DNA of 64,000 nt. Source: Candidatus Bathyarchaeia archaeon (GTDB lineage: Archaea; Thermoproteota; Bathyarchaeia; Bathyarchaeales; Bathycorpusculaceae). The translations under genes were made by a program, and so were the position numbers. The DNA lies in the NCBI GenBank assembly GCA_049516875.1, contig JBEKSS010000003.1, positions 160,001 through 224,000 of the forward strand. Direction: 5' to 3'. Shown piece after piece: positions 50,137-60,127 of the stretch; position 1 is the stretch's first letter, and the number at the start of each line of letters is the position of its first letter. The notes under the pieces are model-generated. The model searched no databases and was not told the origin of the DNA. It saw only the letters and a program-made list of their open reading frames with translations.

Positions 50137-50883
50137 CCATGTGACACCAGATGACTGTAAGGTTCGGTATTGCAGCTTACGTATTTAAGATTAACTGTAG
50201 CCAACGCCGAATATCGCTCGCATTTTTCAAATGCGGCTTCTTTTTTAGAGGCGGACTCACGCTCAATATAGGTTGTGAGCTCGAATTCTGAACAGCAAGA
50301 TAGTTGGCCAAGAAAGGTGGTGGGTTTATCGGACTTTTGCCACGTCCTCCCAGCAATAGCAGCAGTATCGGATGGTCTGTCTTTCCGAGTATCGTACGCG
50401 CTGGATAGAAAAAGAAGGGTTGATTATGTTTCTTAACGTTTCTTCTTCTTCTTGAGTCCTGCATGTGGTCTTTTCTTTGGCACGTTCTTACCGGATCTAT
50501 CTATGTCCATTGTTTCTTATAGGTTTGATAGGTTAGTGCCTACAATCCACACGAGCGGTCCTGCATGGTGGCATGGGCATGAGTGGCATACTTTGAGTAT
50601 TTAGGCTAGAATGCTAGTGTGCCTGTGTTTTGTTGATGTCCTGTTTTATGGCCATCCAGTTATCACGGATCAGAGCCTTGCCAATTGGAGTTTCCAGAAT
50701 CAGAATGAAAGGTCTATGCGGTTTGTCCTTATGGCTTAACTAAAAGCAGATTAGTCTTCCGTGAACTCTGAAGTCTTCAACCTCTACAAAAACAGTTTTG
50801 CCTAAGAAATAGTTGGAGGATTGGAAAAAAAGGGAATTGTGCGGGAGACGTCTCCACTTTTCATGTTACTGATTACTAATATA

Positions 50884-51057
50884 GCGCGCATGCGTGTTCC
50901 GAAAATGGTCAAAAACGGTTTTAATTCCGCTTCTAGATTTTAGAAGGGCCAGTTGCTACGATGAAAATAGGGATATGCGCAGGGTTCAAGATTATTCTCA
51001 AGCCTCAAAAGAAGAATAAAAACCATTTTTAGCCATTTTAGGAACAACCATGCGCGC
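50884..51057. mobile_element. MITE-like element, copy 2 (174 bp)
   Basis: GCGCGCATG...CATGCGCGC ends; colinear similarity to 2763-2935. Confidence 0.75.
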
Positions 51058-51183
51058 TAAGAATGTCGCTATCAACCGAAAGTTTCCATGAACCCCAATC
51101 AATCGAAGACTACCCAGAACCGTCTTTAGAAAGCTTTAATTCTTGCAGGATTTTCTGTCATAAAAACAAAAAGGCGAAACGGA

Positions 51184-52248
51184 TTGGCTGGTCTAGGTCA
51201 GTTGAAGTTTGCCATGGGCACAGGCATATTCCTCACAGCCTTCATATTCGCTGCTTTCCTGGCATTAGTGCTGTTCATCATCCAAGTGTTCGTTGCCCCG
51301 TTGACCCTGAGTTTTGACCTGATTCTCGTAGTAGCCCTTCCACTCCTCTTCGTACTGTTTCAGTACGCCATCGGGCCCTCAATCGTGAAGATGTCAACAC
51401 ACCTACAATACCTCAAGCCGGGTGAAAACCCGTGGCTCGAATCCACCGTAAAGGACCTTGCGGACAAGAGCAAGGTGCCCATGCCGCGGCTGGCCATCGT
51501 CCCAGACAACACGCCCAACGCCTTCGTTTTCGGCCGAACCTCCCACTCGGCCACGCTGGCAGTCCACCAAGGACTGCTGCAAAACCTGAACGAGGACGAA
51601 GTTAAAGGCGTAATCGGCCACGAACTAGGACACATAAAACACAAGGACTACGCCATTATGACGTTGCTTTCCGCGTTGCCGCTAGTGGCCTACCTTGTTG
51701 CACGTGGAACAATGTCTGCAGCATGGTTGTCAGGCAGATCTTCGAGAGAAAGAGACCAGGGCGGCATAGAAGCGGCCCTCATCATCATCGCCGTACTGTC
51801 GTTCGTAGTCTACTTCATCTCACAACTGAGCGTAATGCGCCTCAGCAGACTGCGGGAACACTACTCAGATGCTTACTCCGCCTACGTGACGGGTTCGCCT
51901 AGAAGCTTGGAAAGCGCTCTCACAAAAATCACGTATGGCCTGTCCCTCTCACCGAAACCGCCCTCAGGAGTCCGAGCGTTCTACATAAGCGACCCGGTGC
52001 AGGCCAAGCAGGAAATACATGAGATCATCGACAAGAGGGATGAGTACGACTTGGACCACGACGGCGTACTGAACGAGAAAGAGTTGGAGTTGGCCATGGA
52101 GAAAGAGGCCAAGTCTACGTGGAAAACAGTCAACACGTGGTTCTCAACCCACCCGCCAACCTTTAAACGCATAATGCTGCTGCGCGAGATAGAGCAAGAA
52201 ATGCAGAGTGGAAAATACACGAACGACCGTGTCTACGCGCACGTTTAG
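51184..52248 (+). CDS. htpX: HtpX-family M48 zinc metalloprotease with EF-hand-like insert
   Basis: PNAF, HELGH, SRLRE, STHPP; DLDHDGVLNEKE. Confidence 0.92.
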   Translation: MAGLGQLKFAMGTGIFLTAFIFAAFLALVLFIIQVFVAPLTLSFDLILVVALPLLFVLFQYAIGPSIVKMSTHLQYLKPGENPWLESTVKDLADKSKVPMPRLAIVPDNTPNAFVFGRTSHSATLAVHQGLLQNLNEDEVKGVIGHELGHIKHKDYAIMTLLSALPLVAYLVARGTMSAAWLSGRSSRERDQGGIEAALIIIAVLSFVVYFISQLSVMRLSRLREHYSDAYSAYVTGSPRSLESALTKITYGLSLSPKPPSGVRAFYISDPVQAKQEIHEIIDKRDEYDLDHDGVLNEKELELAMEKEAKSTWKTVNTWFSTHPPTFKRIMLLREIEQEMQSGKYTNDRVYAHV

Positions 52249-52651
52249 TCACACGAACGCCAAGATGTTTGCTGCGGAGAAAAAGCTGATTGAAGGGTGA
52301 GGTAGGGAGACCTAAAAAAAGGGATTAAGAAAAAAAGGGATTCTATTGTCGTGAGGGGTCTTTGCTTCCTCGGCACTTTCTAAGACCATCTTAACTATGG
52401 TTGCAAAGCCGCCTATCGACGCGATAAGCGCGCCCATGATGACCCCCGCGAATACGCAATCTTCCTTCGCTCTCGTCCATGTGGTAGAGTCTGAAGGCCT
52501 CGGACAACCGCGGACAGTGAACCTTTTCCCCCTGAAAGCGTCGCGCGCTAACAGTCTTTTCCATCTAGGACCTCAAGAGTTAACAGAACGCATCCAGCAC
52601 ATCTTCATAAGAGCCTTGATCCGATGCACTCTTGCCTTTCGTGTCCATTGC

Positions 52652-52720
52652 AGGGTTTTGACACTCAAAGAAATCACGGATTGAGTACTCAAACACAGGG
52701 TCTCGAATTTCAACATTCCA
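52652..52720. repeat. Repeat family B, single-unit copy
   Basis: TTTTGACACTCAAAGAAATCACGGATTGAGTACTCAAACACAGG. Confidence 0.8.
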
Positions 52721-52873
52721 ACCTTTCGAGATGATGTTCCTCAAATGCCATATGATGCGCTTTCGCGAAGGGCAACAGAAAAACTGGTAACCACAGAAAA
52801 CGCGCGCGTCCTCAAGCTGATCGACAGTTGGAGATATATATGTAAAACAACTATGCATTCTGTGGTGTTACGA

Positions 52874-53116
52874 ATGGTGGAAGCTTTGATTCTCATCCGC
52901 GTAGGTTCAAGTGAGACCATGAACTTCATGAAAACCATGAAAGAAGAACTCTGCAAAATCAAAGGCGTCAAAGATGTTTACGGCGTCTTCGGCCGCTACG
53001 ACTTCGTCGTGAAGGTGGAGACAAGGGCACTGGAGGAACTGGGTAGGCTTGTCACCGACTCCATAAGGGGCATCAAAGGAGTAGAATTCTCCGAAACACT
53101 AGTGATGGGCTTCTAA
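52874..53116 (+). CDS. Stand-alone Lrp/AsnC ligand-binding (RAM) domain protein
   Basis: VYGVFGRYDFVVKV...IRGIKGV...SETL. Confidence 0.85.
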   Translation: MVEALILIRVGSSETMNFMKTMKEELCKIKGVKDVYGVFGRYDFVVKVETRALEELGRLVTDSIRGIKGVEFSETLVMGF

Positions 53117-53272
53117 GAACCGCAACACTAGACACTGAAAATCCTAATACAAATCTCCTTTTTTTCTTTGCAAACGTCATTGAATATTGTCTTATATGCT
53201 CTTGCCGATAATTAATACCTGCTTCCATCAGTCTAACGTTCACGTGCCAGAATGAAATGGTGAGGTTGAAAG

Positions 53273-53971
53273 TTGAAGGTTAATCTTCTCCGCCACACGA
53301 CAGATTCGGAGCTTCTGTGCGGGGCTGCGGCGTCGACGACTATAAAGAGCGGGAGGCCCTCGGAAATCTTGGCCAAAATGGACTTGGAAACGGCCAAACG
53401 GAAGATCAGGCAGGTGACGGGTTACGGGCACGCATCGGTCATCGAGCACGCTTCTTTCACGTTCAGCATTGAGGACGTGTCCAGAGCCATGACGCACCAG
53501 CTTGTCAGACACCGCATTGCCTCGTACACGCAGCAGAGTCAACGCTACGTAACGTATGACACTATAGAAAAGTACGTGACGCCGCCGAGCATAGCTCGCA
53601 ACGCGGAGGCCAAGAAGGTTTTCGGCGAGGCGCTGGAGAAAATCTCCGAGACGTATGGGCAGCTTATGAGAATGACGATTCCGAAGGAGGATGCACGGTT
53701 TATCTTGCCGAACGCTGCGAAAACCAACATCATGGTTACGATGAACGCACGCGAACTGCGGCACTTCTTCAACCTGCGCTGCTGTGCGCGCGCCCAGTGG
53801 GAGATTAGGGAAGTCGCCACGGAAATGCTGAAGCAGGCGAGGAAAGCTGCGCCAGCTCTGTTCGATAACAGCGGGCCCTCATGCGTCGAACTTGGATACT
53901 GCCCCGAAGGAAAAATGAAGCCGCCAGAATGCAGCGTCTCAGAGATAAAGGCAAGGTTTCGAAGTCTGTAG
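53273..53971 (+). CDS. thyX: FAD-dependent thymidylate synthase
   Basis: GHASVIEH, RHRIASYTQQSQRY, AQWEIR. Confidence 0.97.
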   Translation: MKVNLLRHTTDSELLCGAAASTTIKSGRPSEILAKMDLETAKRKIRQVTGYGHASVIEHASFTFSIEDVSRAMTHQLVRHRIASYTQQSQRYVTYDTIEKYVTPPSIARNAEAKKVFGEALEKISETYGQLMRMTIPKEDARFILPNAAKTNIMVTMNARELRHFFNLRCCARAQWEIREVATEMLKQARKAAPALFDNSGPSCVELGYCPEGKMKPPECSVSEIKARFRSL

Positions 53972-54002
53972 CAACTGTTCTGTTCAAATTCAAGCGATGT
54001 AA

Positions 54003-54878
54003 ATGACGGGACTGAAAGTTCTTGCTATACCCACGGAATACTGGAGACCTGGAGAGGACTACCTGAAAGAAACAGTTAAGGCGGTTAGAGGAAAAGTTGT
54101 TGACGATGATTTTGTGGTCGTGTCGGAGAAAGCAATATCAGCCGCCTTGAATAACATCGTGGACGAGAGCAAGGTTAAGCCTGGCCTCGGCGCGAAGTTC
54201 ATTGCGAGTTTTTGGATGAGAACGTGTTGGGGATATTTCCTCGGGCCATTGTGCCATCTTCGGCAGAAGCTGTTGTTGCAGCTTCGCAACTACCCTTTGG
54301 AAATGGGAAGCCGCCACAAGCAGGTTGCTCTGCAACATGCAGGCTTTTTGCAGGCTCTGATGTTTGGTTCCGAGGGAGGCATTGACGGAAGCAACTTACC
54401 GTACTCTTACGTGAGTCTTCCGCTAAACAGGGCTGATGAAGTAGCTGAGACGATACGTCTGCAGATATGGGCGGCTTCGGGAAAGAGGGTGTTCGTGATG
54501 ATTGCGGATACTGATAAGACGTATTCGGTTAGGAACTTTCATTTTACGCCACGGCCAAACCCGTTCAGGGGCATCCATTCTTTCGGAGGGTTTGCTGCCT
54601 ACGTTGTCGGGCGGATGCTTAAGCTTGAGAGGAGGGCTACGCCTTTGGCCTTGGCTGGATGTTCCATGTCGCCCGGAGTGGCTTTGAGAGTCGCTGAGGC
54701 TGCGAATCGTGCTAGAGGTTTTGGGGCGGGCAGAACCGTGTGGGATATGGCTGAAACGTTCAGGGTGTCGTTGGCTGATGTGAGTTGGCAGATGCTTGAG
54801 ACAGTAAGACATAAACCTATAGTCATTGTTAGGAAAAGCGGAGAAATGGGCGGATGGAAGAGGAAACAAGGAAGCTAA
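54003..54878 (+). CDS. CofE-like gamma-glutamyl ligase family protein
   Basis: VVVSEKAIS, GGIDGSNLP, IADTD. Confidence 0.8.
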   Translation: MTGLKVLAIPTEYWRPGEDYLKETVKAVRGKVVDDDFVVVSEKAISAALNNIVDESKVKPGLGAKFIASFWMRTCWGYFLGPLCHLRQKLLLQLRNYPLEMGSRHKQVALQHAGFLQALMFGSEGGIDGSNLPYSYVSLPLNRADEVAETIRLQIWAASGKRVFVMIADTDKTYSVRNFHFTPRPNPFRGIHSFGGFAAYVVGRMLKLERRATPLALAGCSMSPGVALRVAEAANRARGFGAGRTVWDMAETFRVSLADVSWQMLETVRHKPIVIVRKSGEMGGWKRKQGS

Positions 54879-56371
54879 GCGCTTTTTTTAAGCCTCACTC
54901 GGTCGCGATTGTCGGAGCAACGAAGAGGATAGACAAGGCAGGCCACGTGATTTTCAAGAATTTTGTTGAAAACAAGATGAGAGGCGTCTACAAAGGCGAA
55001 CTCTACCCTGTTAACCCGACTGAAGGCTCTATAATGGGCGTTAAATGTTACCCTTCGGTGACTAAAATCCCTGGTGAAGTGGAGCTGGTGGTTGTTGTTG
55101 TTCCAGCGGCTGTTGTGCCGACCATAATGAAGGACGCGGCGGCTAAGAAGGTCAAGGATGCCGTCATAATCAGTTCTGGCTTCGGGGAAGTTGGAAACCA
55201 TGAGCTTGAGCAGCAGATAGTTGACATAGCGAAAGAAGCAGGAATACGCTTTTTGGGACCGAACTGCCTGGGAGTTTACGATTCGCGGACCGGCGTGGAC
55301 ATGCTTTTTCTGCCCGAGACGAAGGTCTTGTCGAATGGAGACGAGGTCATCGCTACACCGCGGCCGATTCCTGGAAACATTGCTATTGTTACTCAGAGTG
55401 GGGCTTTCGGCGTTGCGGCTCTGGATTACCTGGCAGGCCGAGAGGTGGGAGTCAGCAAGTTTGTGAGTTTCGGCAACAAGGCCGATGTGAATGAGGGCGA
55501 AATGCTTCATTACTTGTTGCATGATGATGAAACCAAGGTTATACTGTTGTACGTTGAAGACATCAAGTCTGGGCGCGCGTTCATCAAAGTAGCCGAGAAA
55601 GTCACGCTGAGAAAGCCTGTTGTGGCCATCAAGTCGGGAAGGACAGATGCGGGAGCAAGGGCTGCGACTTCACACACAGGAGCCCTGGCTGGTTCAGACA
55701 GGATTTACGACGCTGTGTTCGAACAAACGGGGGTCTTGAGGGCACAGGACATGGACGAATTCTTCCACATGGGAAAGGCCCTGGCCATGCAGCCGCCTGC
55801 AGCCGGAAAAAACGTGGGAATAGTCACTGACGCCGGAGGTCCGGGCATAATGGCTGTTGACGAATGTGAATTGAAAGGGTTGAATGTCATACGCTTCTCT
55901 GAGAAAACCGTGGGCAAGTTTGAGAAGCTGAAGGTGGAGGGAAAACTGCCCAAGTTTGCGTCAAACCTTAACCCCGTGGATGTAACTGGTTCAGGGACAG
56001 ATGAAATGCTTGACTTGTCAACCAAGATTCTTTTTCAAGACCCAGAGATCTGCGGCATAATACTGCTCGGTCTTCATCATATGCCAGCGTTGCAGGGAGA
56101 TTTCATTGACGATGTGGCAAGAATGGCGCTTGCCTATGACAAGCCTATCGTTGCATGCGACATCGGAGAGACAGAAATGGCTCTGCACATACGTGCCCGG
56201 TTTGACAAGCAAGGTATCCCAGCTTATTCGTCACCGGAAGACGCTGCAAGGGCAATGAACGGTTTAGTGAAGTATGGACGTTACCTGCAGAAGAAGCAGT
56301 GTCTAGAAGAGTATATGCAAAGCTTTCTGCAAAGCAGACGGAAAAGGTTTGGCGTCAAAGCATCACCTTGA
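54854..56371 (+). CDS. acdA: ADP-forming acetate/acyl-CoA ligase, alpha subunit
   Basis: GPNCLG, TQSGA, SFGNKAD, SHTGALAG, NPVD. Confidence 0.93.
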   Translation: MEEETRKLSAFFKPHSVAIVGATKRIDKAGHVIFKNFVENKMRGVYKGELYPVNPTEGSIMGVKCYPSVTKIPGEVELVVVVVPAAVVPTIMKDAAAKKVKDAVIISSGFGEVGNHELEQQIVDIAKEAGIRFLGPNCLGVYDSRTGVDMLFLPETKVLSNGDEVIATPRPIPGNIAIVTQSGAFGVAALDYLAGREVGVSKFVSFGNKADVNEGEMLHYLLHDDETKVILLYVEDIKSGRAFIKVAEKVTLRKPVVAIKSGRTDAGARAATSHTGALAGSDRIYDAVFEQTGVLRAQDMDEFFHMGKALAMQPPAAGKNVGIVTDAGGPGIMAVDECELKGLNVIRFSEKTVGKFEKLKVEGKLPKFASNLNPVDVTGSGTDEMLDLSTKILFQDPEICGIILLGLHHMPALQGDFIDDVARMALAYDKPIVACDIGETEMALHIRARFDKQGIPAYSSPEDAARAMNGLVKYGRYLQKKQCLEEYMQSFLQSRRKRFGVKASP

Positions 56372-56744
56372 CTTCGACAGGGTCACCGTCTGAGAGATGA
56401 TGCTTCTTCCGCAGGTTTTCCGGTCCAATAATCTCTATCAGATCTTCTGGGTAACCGGGGACTTCTGGAACGACAATGGCACACTTCAGTTCGGCCATGA
56501 AGGCGGCTTGGAAACACTTTCCCCTGTGGAAACCTGTAGCGGGCACGATCTTGACGCCGTTGCCTTCTGCCAGTGCTTTTTTGAGTTTGACACTTGCTTC
56601 CGTAATTCTCACATTCAACGTTCCAGGATAGGGGACAAAGCCGAATTCTTCTTTAGTCTGCTTCTTCACCCATGGAAGCTTCATGAACTTTGCTCCCTCA
56701 CCCTTCCCTGAAGAAATCCTGCCTTCCAAACATAGAGTCTTCAA
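56355..56744 (-). CDS. ribK: CTP-dependent riboflavin kinase
   Basis: GRISSGKGEG, PYPGTLN, IEII...LR...L.DGD.V. Confidence 0.9.
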   Translation of the reverse strand: MKTLCLEGRISSGKGEGAKFMKLPWVKKQTKEEFGFVPYPGTLNVRITEASVKLKKALAEGNGVKIVPATGFHRGKCFQAAFMAELKCAIVVPEVPGYPEDLIEIIGPENLRKKHHLSDGDPVEVKVML

Positions 56745-56807
56745 GAATGCTTCCTACTGTATGATCGAAACTGCCGAAATGATGGTTAGGAATCGTGTGT
56801 GGAGGTT

Positions 56808-57176
56808 CTATTTCTGTTCTTTCAGCCACGCTGCAACTTTCTTCATCAGTTTGTTGGTGGACATGTCAACTACTGGCACAATCATTTTTTCTCGAGTTTC
56901 GATTACAGGTTGGTACTTGGGCATGAAAGAGTACCCGAGAAAAGTCCAGTAGACTCGTCCGTGTTCAACAAGCATTTTAGCCGTGGTTTCGGTTGACGCT
57001 GGAAGCGGAAAATACAGAAAAATCGTGCCTTCGGCCCAGTACAGTCCTGCAGTCTTGCCGCCTGCAATGATTGACGCAAACCTTGCTATGTCATCAGGAG
57101 TTGTGAAGAAGTTTCGTTCCATTACGACGACTTCTTTGAAAGGTTCGTATTTTATCACTACTTCCTCTTCGTCCAT
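56808..57176 (-). CDS. Conserved hypothetical protein
   Basis: Clean ORF co-oriented with ribK. Confidence 0.75.
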   Translation of the reverse strand: MDEEEVVIKYEPFKEVVVMERNFFTTPDDIARFASIIAGGKTAGLYWAEGTIFLYFPLPASTETTAKMLVEHGRVYWTFLGYSFMPKYQPVIETREKMIVPVVDMSTNKLMKKVAAWLKEQK

Positions 57177-57304
57177 GATGTTCACCTTTTGAGTTTCTAT
57201 CTGGTTTAAGTTCCCTTTTAATGTTGTCATGGTTCCAGAAAAAGTTATAGAGCAGACGATTGTTAAACGGTTAGACTGATATGCCTTAAGGAGTAGTTTG
57301 GGAT

Positions 57305-58384
57305 TTGCCAGAAATTCGAGTGGCGCTTGTAGGCGTGGGAAACTCGGCGTCGGCGCTTGTTCAAGGGGTGCAGTACTACAAGGATGCCGGAGAGAACGTG
57401 ACGGTGCCGGGTTTGATGCATGTTAATTTTGGAGGATACCACGTTAGGGATGTGAAGTTTGTAGCGGCTTTTGAGGTGAACAAGAACAAGATTGGAAAAG
57501 ACTTGGCTGAGGCCATATTTACGGCGCCGAACTGTTGTGCCAAGTTCGCGGACGTGCCGAAACTGGGAGTAAAAGTCTCACCTGCCCCGGTTCTGGACGG
57601 TGTAGCTGAGCACATGAAAGAAGTTTTCAGTGTTTACAAAGACGGTGAGGTCAAGCCGGCAGATGTTGTGGAAGTGTTGAAGGAATCGAAGGCGGAGATT
57701 CTTGTTAACTATCTGCCTGTTGGTAGTCACAATGCGGCGCGGTTTTATGCTCAGGCGGCCCTGGACGCTGGCTGTGCTTTTATCAATTGTATGCCAGAGT
57801 TTATCGGTTCAGACTTCGCATGGGGGAAAAAGTTTGAGGAAAGAGGGCTTCCGATTGCGGGTGACGATATCAAAAGCCAGTTGGGCGCCACAATCCTGCA
57901 TCGCGCATTGGCCAGGCTTTGCGTAGACAGAGGTGTGATCATCGACGAGACTTATCAGCTGAATCTGGGCGGGGACACGGATTTCTTGAACATGACGGTT
58001 GAGGAGCGGTTGAAGACTAAGCGCATAAGCAAGACGGAGGCGGTTACGAGTCTTGTGCCGTACGATCTGCCCACTCGGATTGGGCCTTCGGACTACGTGC
58101 CTTTCTTGGGGAACAAGAAGATCTGTTATATTTGGCTGAAAGGAAGAAAGTTCGGGGACAGGCCGTTGACGGTGATGGTGAAGCTTGAGGTTGAAGACTC
58201 ACCTAACAGTGCAGGCGTGGTGATTGATATTGTACGAGCGGTGAAGATAGCTCTGGATCGCAAGATATCTGGGCAGCTTCTCAGCATGTCTTCTTACGCG
58301 TTCAAGCATCCGCCTATCCAGGTGCCAGATTCTTTGGCAAGACAGTCGGTGGAAGAGTACATACAGGGAAAAAGAGAACGCTAG
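57305..58384 (+). CDS. ino1: Myo-inositol-1-phosphate synthase
   Basis: GVGNSASALVQG, GDDIKSQLGAT, NLGGDTDF, DSPNSAG. Confidence 0.96.
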   Translation: MPEIRVALVGVGNSASALVQGVQYYKDAGENVTVPGLMHVNFGGYHVRDVKFVAAFEVNKNKIGKDLAEAIFTAPNCCAKFADVPKLGVKVSPAPVLDGVAEHMKEVFSVYKDGEVKPADVVEVLKESKAEILVNYLPVGSHNAARFYAQAALDAGCAFINCMPEFIGSDFAWGKKFEERGLPIAGDDIKSQLGATILHRALARLCVDRGVIIDETYQLNLGGDTDFLNMTVEERLKTKRISKTEAVTSLVPYDLPTRIGPSDYVPFLGNKKICYIWLKGRKFGDRPLTVMVKLEVEDSPNSAGVVIDIVRAVKIALDRKISGQLLSMSSYAFKHPPIQVPDSLARQSVEEYIQGKRER

Positions 58385-58429
58385 TAGCACGCTTCGCTGT
58401 AGAGCGTGCGTTGGTTAGGGAAAGTTGGT

Positions 58430-58650
58430 GGTTGTGTTGGGTTTTGAGGTCTTGTGTTTGAGTGCTCAATCCGTGATTTCTTTGAGTGTCAAAACGTTGT
58501 TGAAGCATGTTGGTTCAGCGCTTTTTTTACTCAATTCTGCATGGTTTTTGAGTGTGGAAAGTTTCGGTATGTTGAGTTTCTCATGTTAGAGTTGACATTC
58601 TTGTGTTTGAGTGCTCAATCCGTGATTTTTTTGAGGCTCAATTTGTCGAG
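58430..58650. repeat. Repeat family B, full copy (inverted relative to 11793-11990)
   Basis: Colinear reverse-complement match over about 200 bp. Confidence 0.85.
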
Positions 58651-58815
58651 TAGCGTGTGCTAAGAATAGAGTCATCTCTTGACACGCTTTCTTCTATTGT
58701 CTCAAAACTTCTGGCGCATCATGAGGATGCAGCTTCGGGTCTACTTGGGCGGGTTTGCGGTGAAAAACGTGTTCAAATTGCATGCAGTTTAACCTGTGCG
58801 AAAGCGGGGTTCGTC

Positions 58816-59136
58816 TTACTCGAGTTTTTCTCCGCATTTGGTGCAGAAGGTGGCATTGGTTGGGCTTTTTTCTCCGCAGCTTTTGCAGGTGACTGGTTGT
58901 CTGCTTCTGGACTCTTTGAAGTCTTCTTTTACGGTTTTGAGGGCTTTCTGTATTTCTTTGGCGGCTGTTTGGAACGCCTTTTCCATTTCGACCCCCATCT
59001 TTGAGAAGGCCTCTCTCCAGTCTTCTGTGGGAGCGGAAACGCCTGCTTCTGCACCATGTTTGGTCCTGAGGCCACACTTGGTGCAGAAATTCGCGTCGTC
59101 AGGGAGTTTTTCACTGCAATTGGAGCAAAAAACCAT
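58816..59136 (-). CDS. Double zinc-ribbon domain protein
   Basis: CSNC...FCTKCG and CKSCG...FCTKCG. Confidence 0.88.
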   Translation of the reverse strand: MVFCSNCSEKLPDDANFCTKCGLRTKHGAEAGVSAPTEDWREAFSKMGVEMEKAFQTAAKEIQKALKTVKEDFKESRSRQPVTCKSCGEKSPTNATFCTKCGEKLE

Positions 59137-59485
59137 GAACATCGCCTACGGCAAACAGTTGAAAAGAACGATTTAAGCATTACTATCCCGTGGATACTGT
59201 TAAGTTAAGCTACCTAATCTGGTCACGGAACCTTTTGAGCGCGAGCCAGTCAAAGCGAAGCTAATCCTCGCACGCTTGTCTCAACTCATTGGTGACTCTC
59301 AAAAGGAATCAAATCAGAGAGTGAAATGAAGCTAAAGTATGAGACGAAGTTTATTGTGAGATTAAAGCATTCGAACTTCGAAATATTCGTGATTCATAAA
59401 GCATATTTATCATATGGTTCAAAACCGAGTGAGTGAGTTCAAGCCTGCGTTAAGATAAATGGAAAGAACTATGCGTTGACAGCGT

Positions 59486-60127
59486 GTGAGTGGAATGGAT
59501 ATAAATCAAAAAACAGCGAAGATCCCGTTTTGGGTTTTGTATGGCTTAGCGGCAGGCATCAGTGTCTTTGATCTCATTTTTACTTACGTATTCTTAAGCA
59601 GTAATTCCGCGGCTCATGAAGGCAACCCCGTACACGCTTATTTTGCCAGCATAATTGGCCTAAGATATTTTCTTTTTCTGATTCCAATATCTCTTCTTGC
59701 CTTTTATGGCATAATCAAATTTGCAGGGTGGGCGATTAGACGCTTAGACAAACGCACCGAAATAAACGGCGAAAATTTCATGGCGGTTATTATTATCTTG
59801 TTGACGTTTCCCAATGTTTTGATAAACGAGATATTCACTGTTCTGTTCGGAAAACAAGTATTACGATTGGGGTTTGATCCTGCCTTGATGTTGGCGGTAG
59901 TTCTCACTTTGGTTTATATTACATTAGCAGATGTAACGGATCGTAAGGCCAAAAAGAAGAAAAAAGACAATGCTACTCTTTGCAAAGATATAACGAAGAC
60001 ATATAGCGCACGCGCCATGTGTGATATTGGTTGTTTTGACTATTCGATCTTTGCTTTTTCCATGATTCGCTTTTCATATTCCGCTTGTGTCAAGATGCCT
60101 TTTCCTCTAGCAGCTCAACAAGGCTAG
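59486..60127 (+). CDS. AT-rich multi-pass membrane protein (DUF5658-like)
   Basis: DLIFTY...HEGNP motif, four TMs; C-terminal tail may be spurious. Confidence 0.65.
   Translation: MSGMDINQKTAKIPFWVLYGLAAGISVFDLIFTYVFLSSNSAAHEGNPVHAYFASIIGLRYFLFLIPISLLAFYGIIKFAGWAIRRLDKRTEINGENFMAVIIILLTFPNVLINEIFTVLFGKQVLRLGFDPALMLAVVLTLVYITLADVTDRKAKKKKKDNATLCKDITKTYSARAMCDIGCFDYSIFAFSMIRFSYSACVKMPFPLAAQQG

Noticed and set aside
50150-50880. ORF 50177-50464 and neighbouring sequence as genes
   Set aside because: No coherent frame or motif; treated as decayed non-coding DNA.
53786-53793. GCGCGCGC inside thyX as a junction marker
   Set aside because: It encodes the conserved CARAQW segment of an intact gene, so it is a chance coding occurrence.
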